Origin: an uncultured delta proteobacterium
GTDB lineage: Bacteria > Myxococcota_A > Polyangia > Polyangiales > B10-G4
Direction of reading: 5' to 3'
NCBI GenBank assembly: GCA_963727445.1
Contig: CAVSGI010000009.1
Span: forward strand, 608,001 to 672,000
Length of the DNA stretch: 64,000 nt
Shown: positions 27,354-36,915 of the stretch, one piece after another
How positions within the stretch are numbered: position 1 is the stretch's first letter
Layout of the letters: the number at the start of each line of letters is the position of its first letter
Program-made: the position numbers and the translations under genes
The notes under the pieces: model-generated
What the model saw: only the letters and a program-made list of their open reading frames with translations
Database searches by the model: none
Told to the model about the DNA's origin: nothing

Positions 27354-29249
27354 CTAGACGATCAAGCGCACGCCGCCGAGGGTCTCGATCTGGTGCGGGA
27401 AGTGGTCGCCCGGAGTGCCGATGAACATGTAGTTCTTGGGCACGTCGAGCCGGCGAGAGAGCGCTTCGATGAGCTCCGGGCCGAAGGTCGCCTTCACCGC
27501 GATGAAGTCGATGCGCAGCGCTGGATAGAGGTGATCGATCTCGGAGAGATGAGCGGCCAGCTTCGGAGGGATCCCGTCCTCCTCATCGTAGACGTGCACC
27601 ACCTTGAGATGGTTCGTCTGCTCGTTCTGGAGCACGTAGAGGGCGGCGCGGTTGAGCTCGGCCGGGTCGTCCCGTTTGGTGAAATAGACGACCGGGTGAC
27701 TGGTGATCTCTTCGATCTTGTCGTGGATGCGCTTGCGGACGAGATCGTTGAAGGCGGTGACCTTCGCGACGACGGCGCGCGTCGCGAAGAGCGCTACCTT
27801 CATGATCTCGATGCGCAGGAACATCACGCCGACCACGGCGGACGCGGCCGCGAAGTAGATGGAGAAGACGCGGATGTTGTCGGGGTCGAGGAGCATGTTG
27901 CCCACCAGCCCCAGGACCACGGCGCCGAAGCCGAGGACCACCACCGGCCAGCTGGCCATGGTCGCGCGCGGTAGCCGTCCGCGTTTCGCCTTGAGCAGCA
28001 TGTTGCCCACGGCGAACAGGGCCATGACGCAGAGGAAGGACAGGGTGTAGACGCCCGCGAGGAGCTCCACCTCGCCCGCCGTCACCGTGAGGATCGACCA
28101 GCAGACGACGAAGAAGCCGATGATGATGTAGTGGTTGGTCCGGCGCGCGCGGTTTTCGCGAAGCAGGAACTGCGGCAGGCAGCGGTCGAGGGCCATTCGG
28201 CGGACGAGACCGGTGACGCCGACGTAGGAGGTGAGCACCGCACCCGACAGGACCAGTACCGCGTCGATGCTCACCCAGGTGCGGAGGATCGGCCCGAAGG
28301 CCACGTCGCCCATGCGGGCGAGCAGGTCGGGGGGCACGTCCTCGATGGTCGCGAGGGGGAGCATCCCGAGCGACAGGAGCGAGATCAGCGGATTGAAGAT
28401 GGCGACCGCGAGCCACATGTTGCGGAGCGTCTTCGGGAAGACGCCGCGCTTCTGCTCTTCGATGAAGTTCGCCGAGCTCTCGAAGCCGCTGATGCCCAAC
28501 ATCCCGGCGGCGAAGCCATAGAACAGGGCCTTGCCGAGACCTCCCTGGCTCGGAATGGACCAGTTCTCCACGAGGAGCCCCGGGTCTTTGAAGATCGCGC
28601 TTCCACATGCCCCGGAGAGCACGATCAGCGTCGTGATGTGGAAGATGAAGATGCCGAGGGCGACCACCGCCGACTCGGAGATACCGACCAGGTTGAGGAT
28701 CGCGAAGAGACCGAGGAGGGCCACCGTCGCCCAGAAGACGTCGAGTCCTTCCCAGAGCACGTGGGCGTAGTGCATCGCCTCGCCGGCGCTGATCACCGCC
28801 GTCGCCACGTAGGAGAGCAGCGTGAGAACCGCCGCGCCGGCGGCGAGCTTCTTGTTGGTCGTGTTCAGGAGCACCGTGTAGGTGCCGCCGTTCAGGGGCA
28901 GGGCGCTACCGACCTCGGCGTAGATCCCGCGGAAGAGGAAGAGGACACCCGCCACCATCGCCAGCACCACCGGCGCGAGGCGTCCCGCCTGAGCGGCGCA
29001 GAGGGCGGAGACGTAGAGGCAGCTCGAGGTGATGTCGTTGCCGCAGATGGCCGTCGATGCCCATGTGCCGAGGTGGTTCTTCTCGGTCTGATCGAGGCGG
29101 CTGACGCGAATGCTGGACGTCTCGATGTCCGTGATGCGCGTGGCCTCGCCCCAGCCGGCGAACTCCCACGGGGCATCCTCGATCGCCGCTTCAGACTCCT
29201 CTTCTGTCACGCCGATGCTTTTCCCATCCCACGCAATTCTGCGCAACAT
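27354..29249 (-). CDS. APC family amino-acid permease with a C-terminal soluble domain
   Basis: AICGNDITSSCLY, YAEVGSALPLNGGTY and SGFESSANFIEE; about 12 TMs. The start may be slightly downstream. Confidence 0.88.
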   Translation of the reverse strand: MLRRIAWDGKSIGVTEEESEAAIEDAPWEFAGWGEATRITDIETSSIRVSRLDQTEKNHLGTWASTAICGNDITSSCLYVSALCAAQAGRLAPVVLAMVAGVLFLFRGIYAEVGSALPLNGGTYTVLLNTTNKKLAAGAAVLTLLSYVATAVISAGEAMHYAHVLWEGLDVFWATVALLGLFAILNLVGISESAVVALGIFIFHITTLIVLSGACGSAIFKDPGLLVENWSIPSQGGLGKALFYGFAAGMLGISGFESSANFIEEQKRGVFPKTLRNMWLAVAIFNPLISLLSLGMLPLATIEDVPPDLLARMGDVAFGPILRTWVSIDAVLVLSGAVLTSYVGVTGLVRRMALDRCLPQFLLRENRARRTNHYIIIGFFVVCWSILTVTAGEVELLAGVYTLSFLCVMALFAVGNMLLKAKRGRLPRATMASWPVVVLGFGAVVLGLVGNMLLDPDNIRVFSIYFAAASAVVGVMFLRIEIMKVALFATRAVVAKVTAFNDLVRKRIHDKIEEITSHPVVYFTKRDDPAELNRAALYVLQNEQTNHLKVVHVYDEEDGIPPKLAAHLSEIDHLYPALRIDFIAVKATFGPELIEALSRRLDVPKNYMFIGTPGDHFPHQIETLGGVRLIV

Positions 29250-29372
29250 CGGCGCGAATGGGCCAGGAAAAGGCTGTGTCTTCTGCGCCCGGGAGCTCAG
29301 CGCCTCCGGGCGGCCGGCTCCGTTCCCCTCAACAGGCTCGTCAGATGGAGAACGGACATGTGTCGCCGGCCC

Positions 29373-30029
29373 TCACGGCGCCGGGTCGGCGCAGACCGAG
29401 CCGGAGCAGGTCGACGAGATGCACTCGCCGTTGATGGTGCAGCTCGAGCCGTTGGGGAGCGTGCCCATCAGCGCCGCATCGCATGCGGGGATGGGCTCGG
29501 TGCTGCCCCAGAAATCGGCGCAGCTCACGGTGCTGAGCTGGGACGCGCAGCTGCTGGTGCTCGCGGCGTCGTAGACGATGGTGCCCGCGTTGACCGCGTC
29601 GCGGAGCGCGCTCTGGCCAGCGGCCGGGTAGTTCAGCGTCAGGCAGCTCGCCTCGTCCGCACCGAAGGCGTCCACGAAGTCCGCGTCGGTGGCACTGGGG
29701 ATGTACGTGGTGAGCTCGGTGCGGCAGCGATGCGCCGCGGCGCAATTCGCCTCGACCACCGACTGGTAGCCGGTGACCGCCGCGTCGCCATCGCCGCCGG
29801 TGGTGCCGGTATCGACGACACTGGTGTCCGGTCGCCCGCTGTCCATGATGACGATCCCGGTGTCACCGGTGGTGCCGGTGTCACCCGTGGTGCCGGTGTC
29901 GCTCGTGGTGCCGGTGTCCGCGACGCCGGAGTCGCGGCCGCGTCCGCCACGGCTGCGGTTGTTGCAGCCGGCGAGGGTGAGGGAGGCGAGGGCCCCGATC
30001 AGGGCGATGTGAAGAAAGGCGCGCGTCAT
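29373..30029 (-). CDS. Hypothetical Cys-rich lipoprotein with a DTG-repeat linker
   Basis: LAGC lipobox; 18-bp DTGTTG repeats; Cys-rich C-terminus. Confidence 0.75.
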   Translation of the reverse strand: MTRAFLHIALIGALASLTLAGCNNRSRGGRGRDSGVADTGTTSDTGTTGDTGTTGDTGIVIMDSGRPDTSVVDTGTTGGDGDAAVTGYQSVVEANCAAAHRCRTELTTYIPSATDADFVDAFGADEASCLTLNYPAAGQSALRDAVNAGTIVYDAASTSSCASQLSTVSCADFWGSTEPIPACDAALMGTLPNGSSCTINGECISSTCSGSVCADPAP

Positions 30030-30142
30030 GGCGGCCGGGTTATAGCCTGCTCGGTGCGCCGTGCCAGCCGCGAGTGCGGCCGCCACGAAGTGCTGCCAAG
30101 TGGGGAGGGTGCCTCTTCTTGGGGCGCGAGTAGACTCGGCCC

Positions 30143-31630
30143 GTGTCGGATCGCTTCCGAAAGGCCCCAGCGATGCTCCACAGCATCAACCGGGAGGGGC
30201 TGCTCGTGGACGTGAGCAACATGTGGCTGGAAAAGCTGGGGTACGAGCGCGACGAAGTGATCGGTCGCCCATCGATCGACTTTCTAACAGAGGAGAGCCG
30301 CCGCTACGCGCGCGACGTTGTGCTGCCCCGGTTCTTCGAAACCGGACGCTGCGTGGTCGAGTACGAGATGGTCCGCAAGGACGGAACGACCTTCCCCGTC
30401 CGCCTTCGTGGCGAGGCCGAGCGCGACGAAACCGGCGCGGTGATCGCCAGCGCCGCCGCCATCGAGGACCTCACCGAGCAACGCCTTCTCGAGAGCCGGA
30501 TGGTCCAGGCGCAGAAGCTGGAGAGCCTCGGCTTGATGGCGGGCGGCATCGCCCACGACTTCAACAACCTTCTGGTGAGCATCCTCGGCAACGCCGAGCT
30601 CGCGATCCGAGAGCTTCGCGACCAGACCGAGACGCGACGCTTCGTCGAGGACGTCGTTGTGGCGGCCCGGCGTGCGGCGGACCTCTGCCAGCAGCTTCTC
30701 GCCTACTCCGGGAGAAGCCGCATGCGCGACGTCGAGGTAGACCTCTCGGAGCTCGTTCGCGAGGTCGCGCAGATGCTCGACGTGACCGTGGGGCGCGACG
30801 CGATCGTGAAGCTCGATCTCGCCGATGGCTGCGTCGTCGTGGGCGACGCCACCGAGCTTCGTCAGGTCGTCATGAACCTGGTGCTCAATGCGCGGGAGGC
30901 GCTGGAGGGGCGCGGGCTCATCAACCTATCGACGAGCATCCGCACCCTCGACGACGACCTCGTCGCAGAGAGCTCCAACGCGGCCGCCCCGCCGGGGCGT
31001 TACGTCTGCGTGGAGATCGCCGATACGGGCGCGGGGATTCCCGACGCCGTGCGGGATCGCATCTTCGACCCCTTCTTCACCACGAAATCCACCGGGCACG
31101 GGCTGGGGCTGGCGGCGGTGCACGGGATCGTTCGTGCCCACCACGGCACGATCTCCGTGACGTCCTCCGTCGGCCGAGGGACCACCTTTCGCGTCTACCT
31201 TCCTCTCGGAGCCGAGCGTTCCGAACACGCCATCGCTGTCCCGACTCCGCACAAGAAGACGCTCCTCATCGTCGACGACAACGAGAGCGTGCGCAAGACG
31301 CTCAGCCTGGTCCTGGTCGGCGCGGGCTATCAGGTGATGTCCGCGGAGAACGGCGAAGAGGCGATGCTCATCGTTCGCGCGCGCGGCGAGGAGATCGACG
31401 CCTGTCTGATCGACGTGTCGATGCCTCAGATGAGCGGCGTGGATCTCTTCGACCAGATACGCGAGGTCGTGCCCGACGCGGTGGTCATCATGATGAGTGG
31501 CTTCGAGCGCTCCAACCGCGTTCGCGAAGCGACGAGCCGCGGCCTCGCCGGCTATTTGCGAAAGCCGTTCCTCGCAGAGGATTTCGAGGGCGTCCTCGAG
31601 AAGCTGCTCGAGGAGCGTCGCAAAGCCTGA
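30143..31630 (+). CDS. Hybrid PAS-histidine kinase-receiver protein
   Basis: PAS domain, AGGIAHDFNNLL H-box, NLVLNA, DTGAG, FDPFFTTK, GHGLGL and a receiver domain (LIVDD, D...MPQMSG, KP). Confidence 0.93.
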   Translation: MSDRFRKAPAMLHSINREGLLVDVSNMWLEKLGYERDEVIGRPSIDFLTEESRRYARDVVLPRFFETGRCVVEYEMVRKDGTTFPVRLRGEAERDETGAVIASAAAIEDLTEQRLLESRMVQAQKLESLGLMAGGIAHDFNNLLVSILGNAELAIRELRDQTETRRFVEDVVVAARRAADLCQQLLAYSGRSRMRDVEVDLSELVREVAQMLDVTVGRDAIVKLDLADGCVVVGDATELRQVVMNLVLNAREALEGRGLINLSTSIRTLDDDLVAESSNAAAPPGRYVCVEIADTGAGIPDAVRDRIFDPFFTTKSTGHGLGLAAVHGIVRAHHGTISVTSSVGRGTTFRVYLPLGAERSEHAIAVPTPHKKTLLIVDDNESVRKTLSLVLVGAGYQVMSAENGEEAMLIVRARGEEIDACLIDVSMPQMSGVDLFDQIREVVPDAVVIMMSGFERSNRVREATSRGLAGYLRKPFLAEDFEGVLEKLLEERRKA

Positions 31631-31636
31631 GAGTCC

Positions 31637-32132
31637 TCAGGCTGCCGCGAGGTTTTCCGTTGCTTCGGCGCCAGCGCCCTCGAGGAGGTGCTGGACCGAC
31701 TCCGCGCGGCGCTTTCCGACTTCCACGCCGATTCTCGATCTCGACGGCCTCGCGCGAGAAGCGTGCTTGCGCATCCCACATCGCGAGACCCATCACGTAG
31801 CCGCCCAGCGCGCCGGCACCGAGGCCGCCGATGACCGCTTGGAGCATGAGGATGGCGAGGTTGTTGGAGAAGAGCTGGCCCGGCACGACGTTGACCGCGA
31901 TCAGCACGCCGAGCACCAGGCCCAGGGCGATGCCCACCGCGCCACCGAGGGCACCCGCACGCCAGTCGAAGATGCGACGCTCGACCCTCACCTCGTGGGC
32001 CGCTCCGCGCCCGTCCTTCTCCATCACCAGGATGTCTTCCGGCTCGAAGTGCGCGCTGAGCAGTTGCTGAACCGCCTTCTGCGCCTTCTTCGCGTCGCCG
32101 AAGACCCCACTGACTTTGCGAATGTCCTTCAT
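31637..32132 (-). CDS. Small membrane protein (general-stress/ACT-like, Gly-rich hairpin); +1 frameshift near 31732
   Basis: VSGVF...AQKAVQQL N-terminus. Removing one base at GAATC restores EIEIGVEVGKRRAESVQHLLEGAGA...stop at 31637 and removes the overlap with the convergent kinase. Span is 496 = 3n+1. Confidence 0.7.
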
Positions 32133-32159
32133 GGTCGAACCCCTTCAGGCCCTTCTAGG

Positions 32160-32175
32160 TGCACACGCCATGCCC
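32160..32175 (-). promoter_or_regulatory. Putative sigma54 promoter
   Basis: GGGCATGGCGTGTGCA with GG-N10-GC spacing, upstream of the ATG at 32132. Confidence 0.45.
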
Positions 32176-32236
32176 GTCGACATCATTGGGCTATTTTTCT
32201 GGACTGAAACCACCTGCGACGCGGCGTTGCAGGAGC

Positions 32237-32998
32237 TCAGGGACAGTTGGGATTGGCCGCGCCCGGTGTGCCCCGGTCGATGTCCCCCCCGACCCGGTTG
32301 TACTCGTCCATCCCCCCGCACCAACTGCCCACCAGGTCGTTGGCGTCTGCGTCGAGAGAGTCGGGGTCGAGGCTGAGGCTCACGCCCTGTCCCCACGGCC
32401 AGGTCGGGTAGGGCTGATAGGCGACCACGTCGACGATGGTCGCGCCGCACTGCAGGGTGAGGGAGTCGGGGTCGGGCGGATTCGCGAGGCGCATCCCCGA
32501 GCTGTAGACGTAGTCGGGGGCGAAGCCGGGCGACGCGCTGATGGCGAAGGAGAGGTAGTCGCCGGGCGCGAGCATGACGCCGGACGGCATCTCCGCGGCG
32601 CCGCCGTCGTCGTAGAACGAGCAGCCGTCGAGGCTGTACGTCGTGGTCGTGCTCGGGTTGTGCAACTCGAACCACTCGCCCGAGGTGTCCCCCACGGCTT
32701 TCGAGTCGGGCATCAGCTCCGAGATCACGATGTCGCCCGCGCCCGGCGTGGCGACGCCTCCGTCCGGTGTGCTGGTATCGGTGGCCCCTGTGTCGGTTCC
32801 CGTGCCGGTGTCGGTCGTGCCGGTGTCGGTCGTGCTCGTGTCGACGGAGGAGTCGGTCGGCGTTCCGGTGTCGCCTCCATCCACGGTGACGCTGGTGTCG
32901 GTTGCGCCATCGATCGCGGCGTCGAAGTCGATCTCCGCGGACGAGCAGGCCGCGACCGTCAACAGGCCGATGGCCAGGAGCTCAGAACGTACCAGCAC
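32237..32998 (-). CDS. Lamin-tail domain (LTD) lipoprotein
   Basis: VAAC lipobox, DTG-rich linker, IVISELM, GEWFELHN and GTPGAAN. Confidence 0.82.
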   Translation of the reverse strand: MLVRSELLAIGLLTVAACSSAEIDFDAAIDGATDTSVTVDGGDTGTPTDSSVDTSTTDTGTTDTGTGTDTGATDTSTPDGGVATPGAGDIVISELMPDSKAVGDTSGEWFELHNPSTTTTYSLDGCSFYDDGGAAEMPSGVMLAPGDYLSFAISASPGFAPDYVYSSGMRLANPPDPDSLTLQCGATIVDVVAYQPYPTWPWGQGVSLSLDPDSLDADANDLVGSWCGGMDEYNRVGGDIDRGTPGAANPNCP

Positions 32999-33941
32999 AG
33001 CTCATCCCCATTGGTGTGGGCCCACATGCGACCGAGGCCCGGTCTTCGTCTTCGCCGCCGCCCGAGACCAGCAGGATCACGCCGGCGGTGGCGGCGATGG
33101 TGGCGGCGGCGATCAGACCGATGGTGACGCCGCCTGCCGCGGTCTGTTCGCTGTGAAGGGTGTCGAGGTTGTGGCACGCGGCTCCGGCGTCTTCGCAGCG
33201 CCCCACCTCCGAGCCACGTCCCGACCACCAGACGCCGGCGGCGGCGGCGCCGCCCAGGAGGGCGCCCGCGGTGGCCAGGAGCACGATGCCCGGAACCGAG
33301 ACGCCACCGTCGTCGTCGGAGCCGCTGGTGCTCGGCGCGGGTGCGCCGGGCGACGCGGTGGAGAGGGGCGCGCTTGCGGCGGCAGCATCGATGGTGAGCG
33401 CTTCTTCCTCACCGCCCTGCACCGTGACGGTCCGCGAGGTCTCCCGGCATTCGGCGCAGCGCACCGACAGCTGGTGGTCCCCGAGGTCGAGGAGCAGGGA
33501 CCCGTCGGGGCCGAGCTCGGCAGGTGCTCCGTCCACGTACAGGGCCGCGCCCTCGGGCTCGACCCGAACGGTGTAGCGGCCGACGAAAGTGCGCGCGCGG
33601 TCGATCAGCTCCTGCACCGACTGGCGCTGTTCGTCGGTCAAGGGACGCACCGGATGGGCGAGCGAGCCCTCGAGGGCGCGAATGCTCTCCACGTATTCGC
33701 GAAGCTCGAAGGAGGCCATCCCAATCCCGCGGAGGGTCCGCGCATTCGGCTGCTCCTCGTGCGCGCGGGTGAAGAGCGCGCGCGCCTCTCGATAGTTCCC
33801 GGCGTCGTACTCCCCGAGCGCTTCGCGCAGGATGCGCGTGTACTCCGCCGTCTCCGGAGGGTCGGTCGATTGCGCCCGCGTGAGGCTCGGCACGAAGGCG
33901 AGCGAGGCGGCGAGAGCGAGAGTGAACATGAGTCGCTTCAT
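32982..33941 (-). CDS. TPR + PEGA domain protein
   Basis: Signal peptide, TPR helices, VEPEGAALYVDG...GDHQLSV PEGA motif and C-terminal hydrophobic segments. Confidence 0.82.
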   Translation of the reverse strand: MKRLMFTLALAASLAFVPSLTRAQSTDPPETAEYTRILREALGEYDAGNYREARALFTRAHEEQPNARTLRGIGMASFELREYVESIRALEGSLAHPVRPLTDEQRQSVQELIDRARTFVGRYTVRVEPEGAALYVDGAPAELGPDGSLLLDLGDHQLSVRCAECRETSRTVTVQGGEEEALTIDAAAASAPLSTASPGAPAPSTSGSDDDGGVSVPGIVLLATAGALLGGAAAAGVWWSGRGSEVGRCEDAGAACHNLDTLHSEQTAAGGVTIGLIAAATIAATAGVILLVSGGGEDEDRASVACGPTPMGMSCAGTF

Positions 33942-35533
33942 CAGAAGTCCTCGAGCGAGAGCGAGCCCGCGCGATGGCCGCCCATCATGGGGCTCGCTTG
34001 CATGGCGGGCGCCTCTGACGTCGTCATGCGCGTGGTCGCGGCGCGCCTCCGGCGCATGGTCGTCATGGTGGAGGAGGACGCGGCGGCTCGATGGGGATCC
34101 GACTCCGAGTCCGCGACCGTCTCCGTCTCCGAGTCCGCGACCGTCTCCGTCTCCGAGTCCGCGACCGTCTCCGACTCCGAGTCCGCGACCGTCTCCGTCT
34201 CCGTCTCCGACTCAGAGTCCGCCACCGTTTCGGTCGCCTCCAACGGCGTCACACTCCCCCCCTCCCCGAGGATCATCGGCTCCGCGTCCTCCTCCTCCAC
34301 TCCCGAGGAAACGGCGGCGACGGCGACGATCACGGCGAGCACCAGGGCGGCGGCAGCGACTATCGGCAAGACCAGGCGGCTGCGCTTTTCGGGCGCCGCG
34401 GGCGGCTCCCCCTCGGACTCGTGCCATGCGGCGGATGGGCCCTTGTTCGGGTCGGGCTTCGATTGGGGCCGCTCGACGCTGGTCTCGAAGGCGTCCGGGA
34501 TGGACTTGCGGGGGCCGCTCGCCTCGAGGTCGGTGTCGGCGAGGGTCGCTGCGTGAGAATCCGCGAGCACCAGGGGGTGGTCCGGGGGCGGGGTGCTCGC
34601 GCGCGGGAGCTTGATCTTCTGCGTCCACTCCGCGCTCCGCAGGCTGAAGGTGACACCGCCCGCGAAGGGCTCGAGAGCCTCGCCGAAGCTACGCGCGTCC
34701 GGGTACCGTTCGTCGCGATTGCGCGACATGGCGCGCGTGATCACCGCCGCGAGCTCGTCGCTCACCTCCGGGCAGAGCTCGCGCAGGTCCGGCGGCGTGC
34801 CCGTCGCGATCTCGACGACCAGACCCGAGTAGTTCTCCGCGACGAAAGGAGGGCGTCCGGCGATCATCTCGTAGAGGACGACGCCGGCCGCGTAGACGTC
34901 GATGCGGTGATCGAGATCCTGCATGCCGCGGATCTGTTCGGGCGCCATGTAGTAGGGCGTGCCGATGATCATGCCGGTGCGCGTGACGCTCAGCCCCTCG
35001 CGCATCTCGTCGGTCATCTTCGAGACACCGAAGTCGAGGACCTTGGTGTTGCGCGGCGTTCCGTCCGGTCCGAGGCAGACGAAGACGTTCTCCGGCTTGA
35101 GGTCGCGGTGGATGACCTGGTTGTCGTGCGCCGCGCCGATGCCGCGGAGCACCGGCATGATGAGTTGCACGGCAGGCTCGGGGGGGATCGGCCCCTGCTT
35201 CATCAACTTGTAGAGGCTGTAGCCCTTGAGGAGCTCCATCACCAGGAAGCTCGAGGGGCCATCCCGGCCCACGTCGTAGACGGTCACGACGTTGGGGTGA
35301 TCGATGCGCCCCGCCGCCCGGGCCTCGCGCTCGAAGCGCGCGATCATCTCCATGTCGGTCTGACGCTCGGCCAGGAGCCACTTCAGCGCGACGCGCTTGC
35401 CGGTGCCCTGGTTGCGGGCGGCGTAGACGGACCCCATCGCGCCCCTCCCGAGGAGCGCCTCGATCTTGTACTTGCCGGCGACGACGTCACCTGGCCGCGG
35501 CTCCGCTCGACGTACCTCCGGTTCGGTCCCCAC
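33941..35533 (-). CDS. Transmembrane Ser/Thr protein kinase
   Basis: GRGAMGSV, VALK, HRDLKPEN, DFG and GTPYYMAPEQ; TM followed by acidic ETVADSE repeats. Confidence 0.94.
   Translation of the reverse strand: MGTEPEVRRAEPRPGDVVAGKYKIEALLGRGAMGSVYAARNQGTGKRVALKWLLAERQTDMEMIARFEREARAAGRIDHPNVVTVYDVGRDGPSSFLVMELLKGYSLYKLMKQGPIPPEPAVQLIMPVLRGIGAAHDNQVIHRDLKPENVFVCLGPDGTPRNTKVLDFGVSKMTDEMREGLSVTRTGMIIGTPYYMAPEQIRGMQDLDHRIDVYAAGVVLYEMIAGRPPFVAENYSGLVVEIATGTPPDLRELCPEVSDELAAVITRAMSRNRDERYPDARSFGEALEPFAGGVTFSLRSAEWTQKIKLPRASTPPPDHPLVLADSHAATLADTDLEASGPRKSIPDAFETSVERPQSKPDPNKGPSAAWHESEGEPPAAPEKRSRLVLPIVAAAALVLAVIVAVAAVSSGVEEEDAEPMILGEGGSVTPLEATETVADSESETETETVADSESETVADSETETVADSETETVADSESDPHRAAASSSTMTTMRRRRAATTRMTTSEAPAMQASPMMGGHRAGSLSLEDF
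34099..34229. repeat. Intragenic short tandem repeats encoding (ET)nVADSES
   Basis: Repeated TCCGAGTCCGCGACCGTCTCCG units. Confidence 0.8.
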
Positions 35534-35569
35534 GTAGGGCCGATGCTACCACCGCCCGGGCAGGATCGG

Positions 35570-36775
35570 TCAGTCCCAGCGCGAGGTCACGGTGAGTGTC
35601 CAGCTACGGAGCACTCCGTCGCCGCGGCCGCCGACGTTCTGAACGAGGAGCTCGTAGACGCCGTTCACCATGTCGTCGCGGTAGATCGCGTGGTCGACGT
35701 AGTGCGTCGGGAGCGGGCCGCTCATGGTGGCGCCGTCCCAGAGCGTCACCGCCTCCTGGCCGGTCGGCGGCTGAAGGCCGATCCACAGGCTCGACGGATC
35801 CGAGTGCTCGATGTCGATGTCGAGGAGGATGTCCTCCGGCACCGAGGCCTGACCCCGGACGACGACGGGATAAGCGGTGGGCTCGCTCATGGCGACGGAG
35901 GGGATGCTGCTCTCGCCGCCCACCGTGAAGCTGTCGCGCATCCACTTCTCGGCGCAGTAGCCGCCGCTGTAGACCGTCTGGCCGATGCAGATGTGCTCGG
36001 GGTGGCATTCGGCGTCTTCGCTGCAAGGCGCCTGGATGCCGGGGTAGCTCGCGAGGTCGGCGCACTTGCCCCAACCTTCGACCTTGCCGACGCAGCGGCC
36101 GGGAGCGCCTTCGCAGATGTCGTCGTTCTCGCAGAGCGCGCGCGCTTCGTCCGAGGTCACGGCGTCGAGGAGATGCTCCATCGTGCGCGGCCCGACCCAG
36201 TAGAGATCGGAGAGGATGGCGACGGTCGCGATCGGGCGTGCCTCGAGGATGGACGTCGCGCTCCGGGAGGGAACGCTCGCCGCCGAGAGCTCGTCGGGGG
36301 TCGCGGTGTTTGCGAAGGAGAGGATGCGCTCGCCCTCGGCGTAGGTCAGCTCGAGGCCGTCGAAGGTGCCGAGCACCTCGTCGTCGCCCGGCAGGTAGTC
36401 GTTGAGAAAGGCGAACTCGGCGAGGGTCTCGAGCGCTACCGGGCCGACACGCGGGACGTCGTCGACCTCCGCGATGTCGTCGAAGCCGTCGTCGTCGTCG
36501 GTGCCGAAGATCCCGTCGGGCCCGTCACGATGCGCGATCAGGTTCTCGGCCGCGTCGCTGCGCAGCTGGACGACGTAATCGAGGAAGTCGACGGAGGTTC
36601 CTTCCCCGTCGTTGAGGAGTCGAAGGACGCCGTAGCCGGTACGGGTCCCTTCGAGCGCCGAGGAGGTGCCGTCGGCTTTGCCGTCCACGCCTGCGGACGC
36701 CTCTTCGTCGAGCGGGGCAGTGCAGCCCGCGAGAGCCACGAGGATGACGAAGGGGAGGGCAGGGGAGCGGCGCAT
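35570..36775 (-). CDS. Lipoprotein with two helix-hairpin-helix-like modules, a Cys-rich linker and a proprotein-convertase P-like domain
   Basis: LAGC lipobox and DGKADG; FDDIAEVDDVPRVGP and LSDLYWVGP; C-terminal IDIEH...NGVYELLVQN...G.LRSWTL. Confidence 0.72.
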   Translation of the reverse strand: MRRSPALPFVILVALAGCTAPLDEEASAGVDGKADGTSSALEGTRTGYGVLRLLNDGEGTSVDFLDYVVQLRSDAAENLIAHRDGPDGIFGTDDDDGFDDIAEVDDVPRVGPVALETLAEFAFLNDYLPGDDEVLGTFDGLELTYAEGERILSFANTATPDELSAASVPSRSATSILEARPIATVAILSDLYWVGPRTMEHLLDAVTSDEARALCENDDICEGAPGRCVGKVEGWGKCADLASYPGIQAPCSEDAECHPEHICIGQTVYSGGYCAEKWMRDSFTVGGESSIPSVAMSEPTAYPVVVRGQASVPEDILLDIDIEHSDPSSLWIGLQPPTGQEAVTLWDGATMSGPLPTHYVDHAIYRDDMVNGVYELLVQNVGGRGDGVLRSWTLTVTSRWD

Positions 36776-36787
36776 GAGCGGCCGCCG

Positions 36788-36803
36788 TGCAACGGGGATA
36801 CCA
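36788..36803 (-). promoter_or_regulatory. Putative sigma54 promoter
   Basis: TGGTATCCCCGTTGCA; predicted +1 about 2 nt before the ATG at 36775. Confidence 0.5.
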
Positions 36804-36915
36804 GCCGCCGGGCCGGCGATAGGAAGGGGTTCGGGGGGGGTGGGTGGCGACGCGAGTAGCCACCATGACATCCCTGTCCACTTGCGCGATGGCGAGCGCG
36901 TCCCAAGAAGGGCCC

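Noticed and set aside
31624..31643. Inverted repeats spanning convergent stop codons (AGCCTGAG-AGTC-CTCAGGCT; weaker at 40389 and 58696)
   Set aside because: Largely expected from facing TGA/TCA stops; short and without U-tracts.
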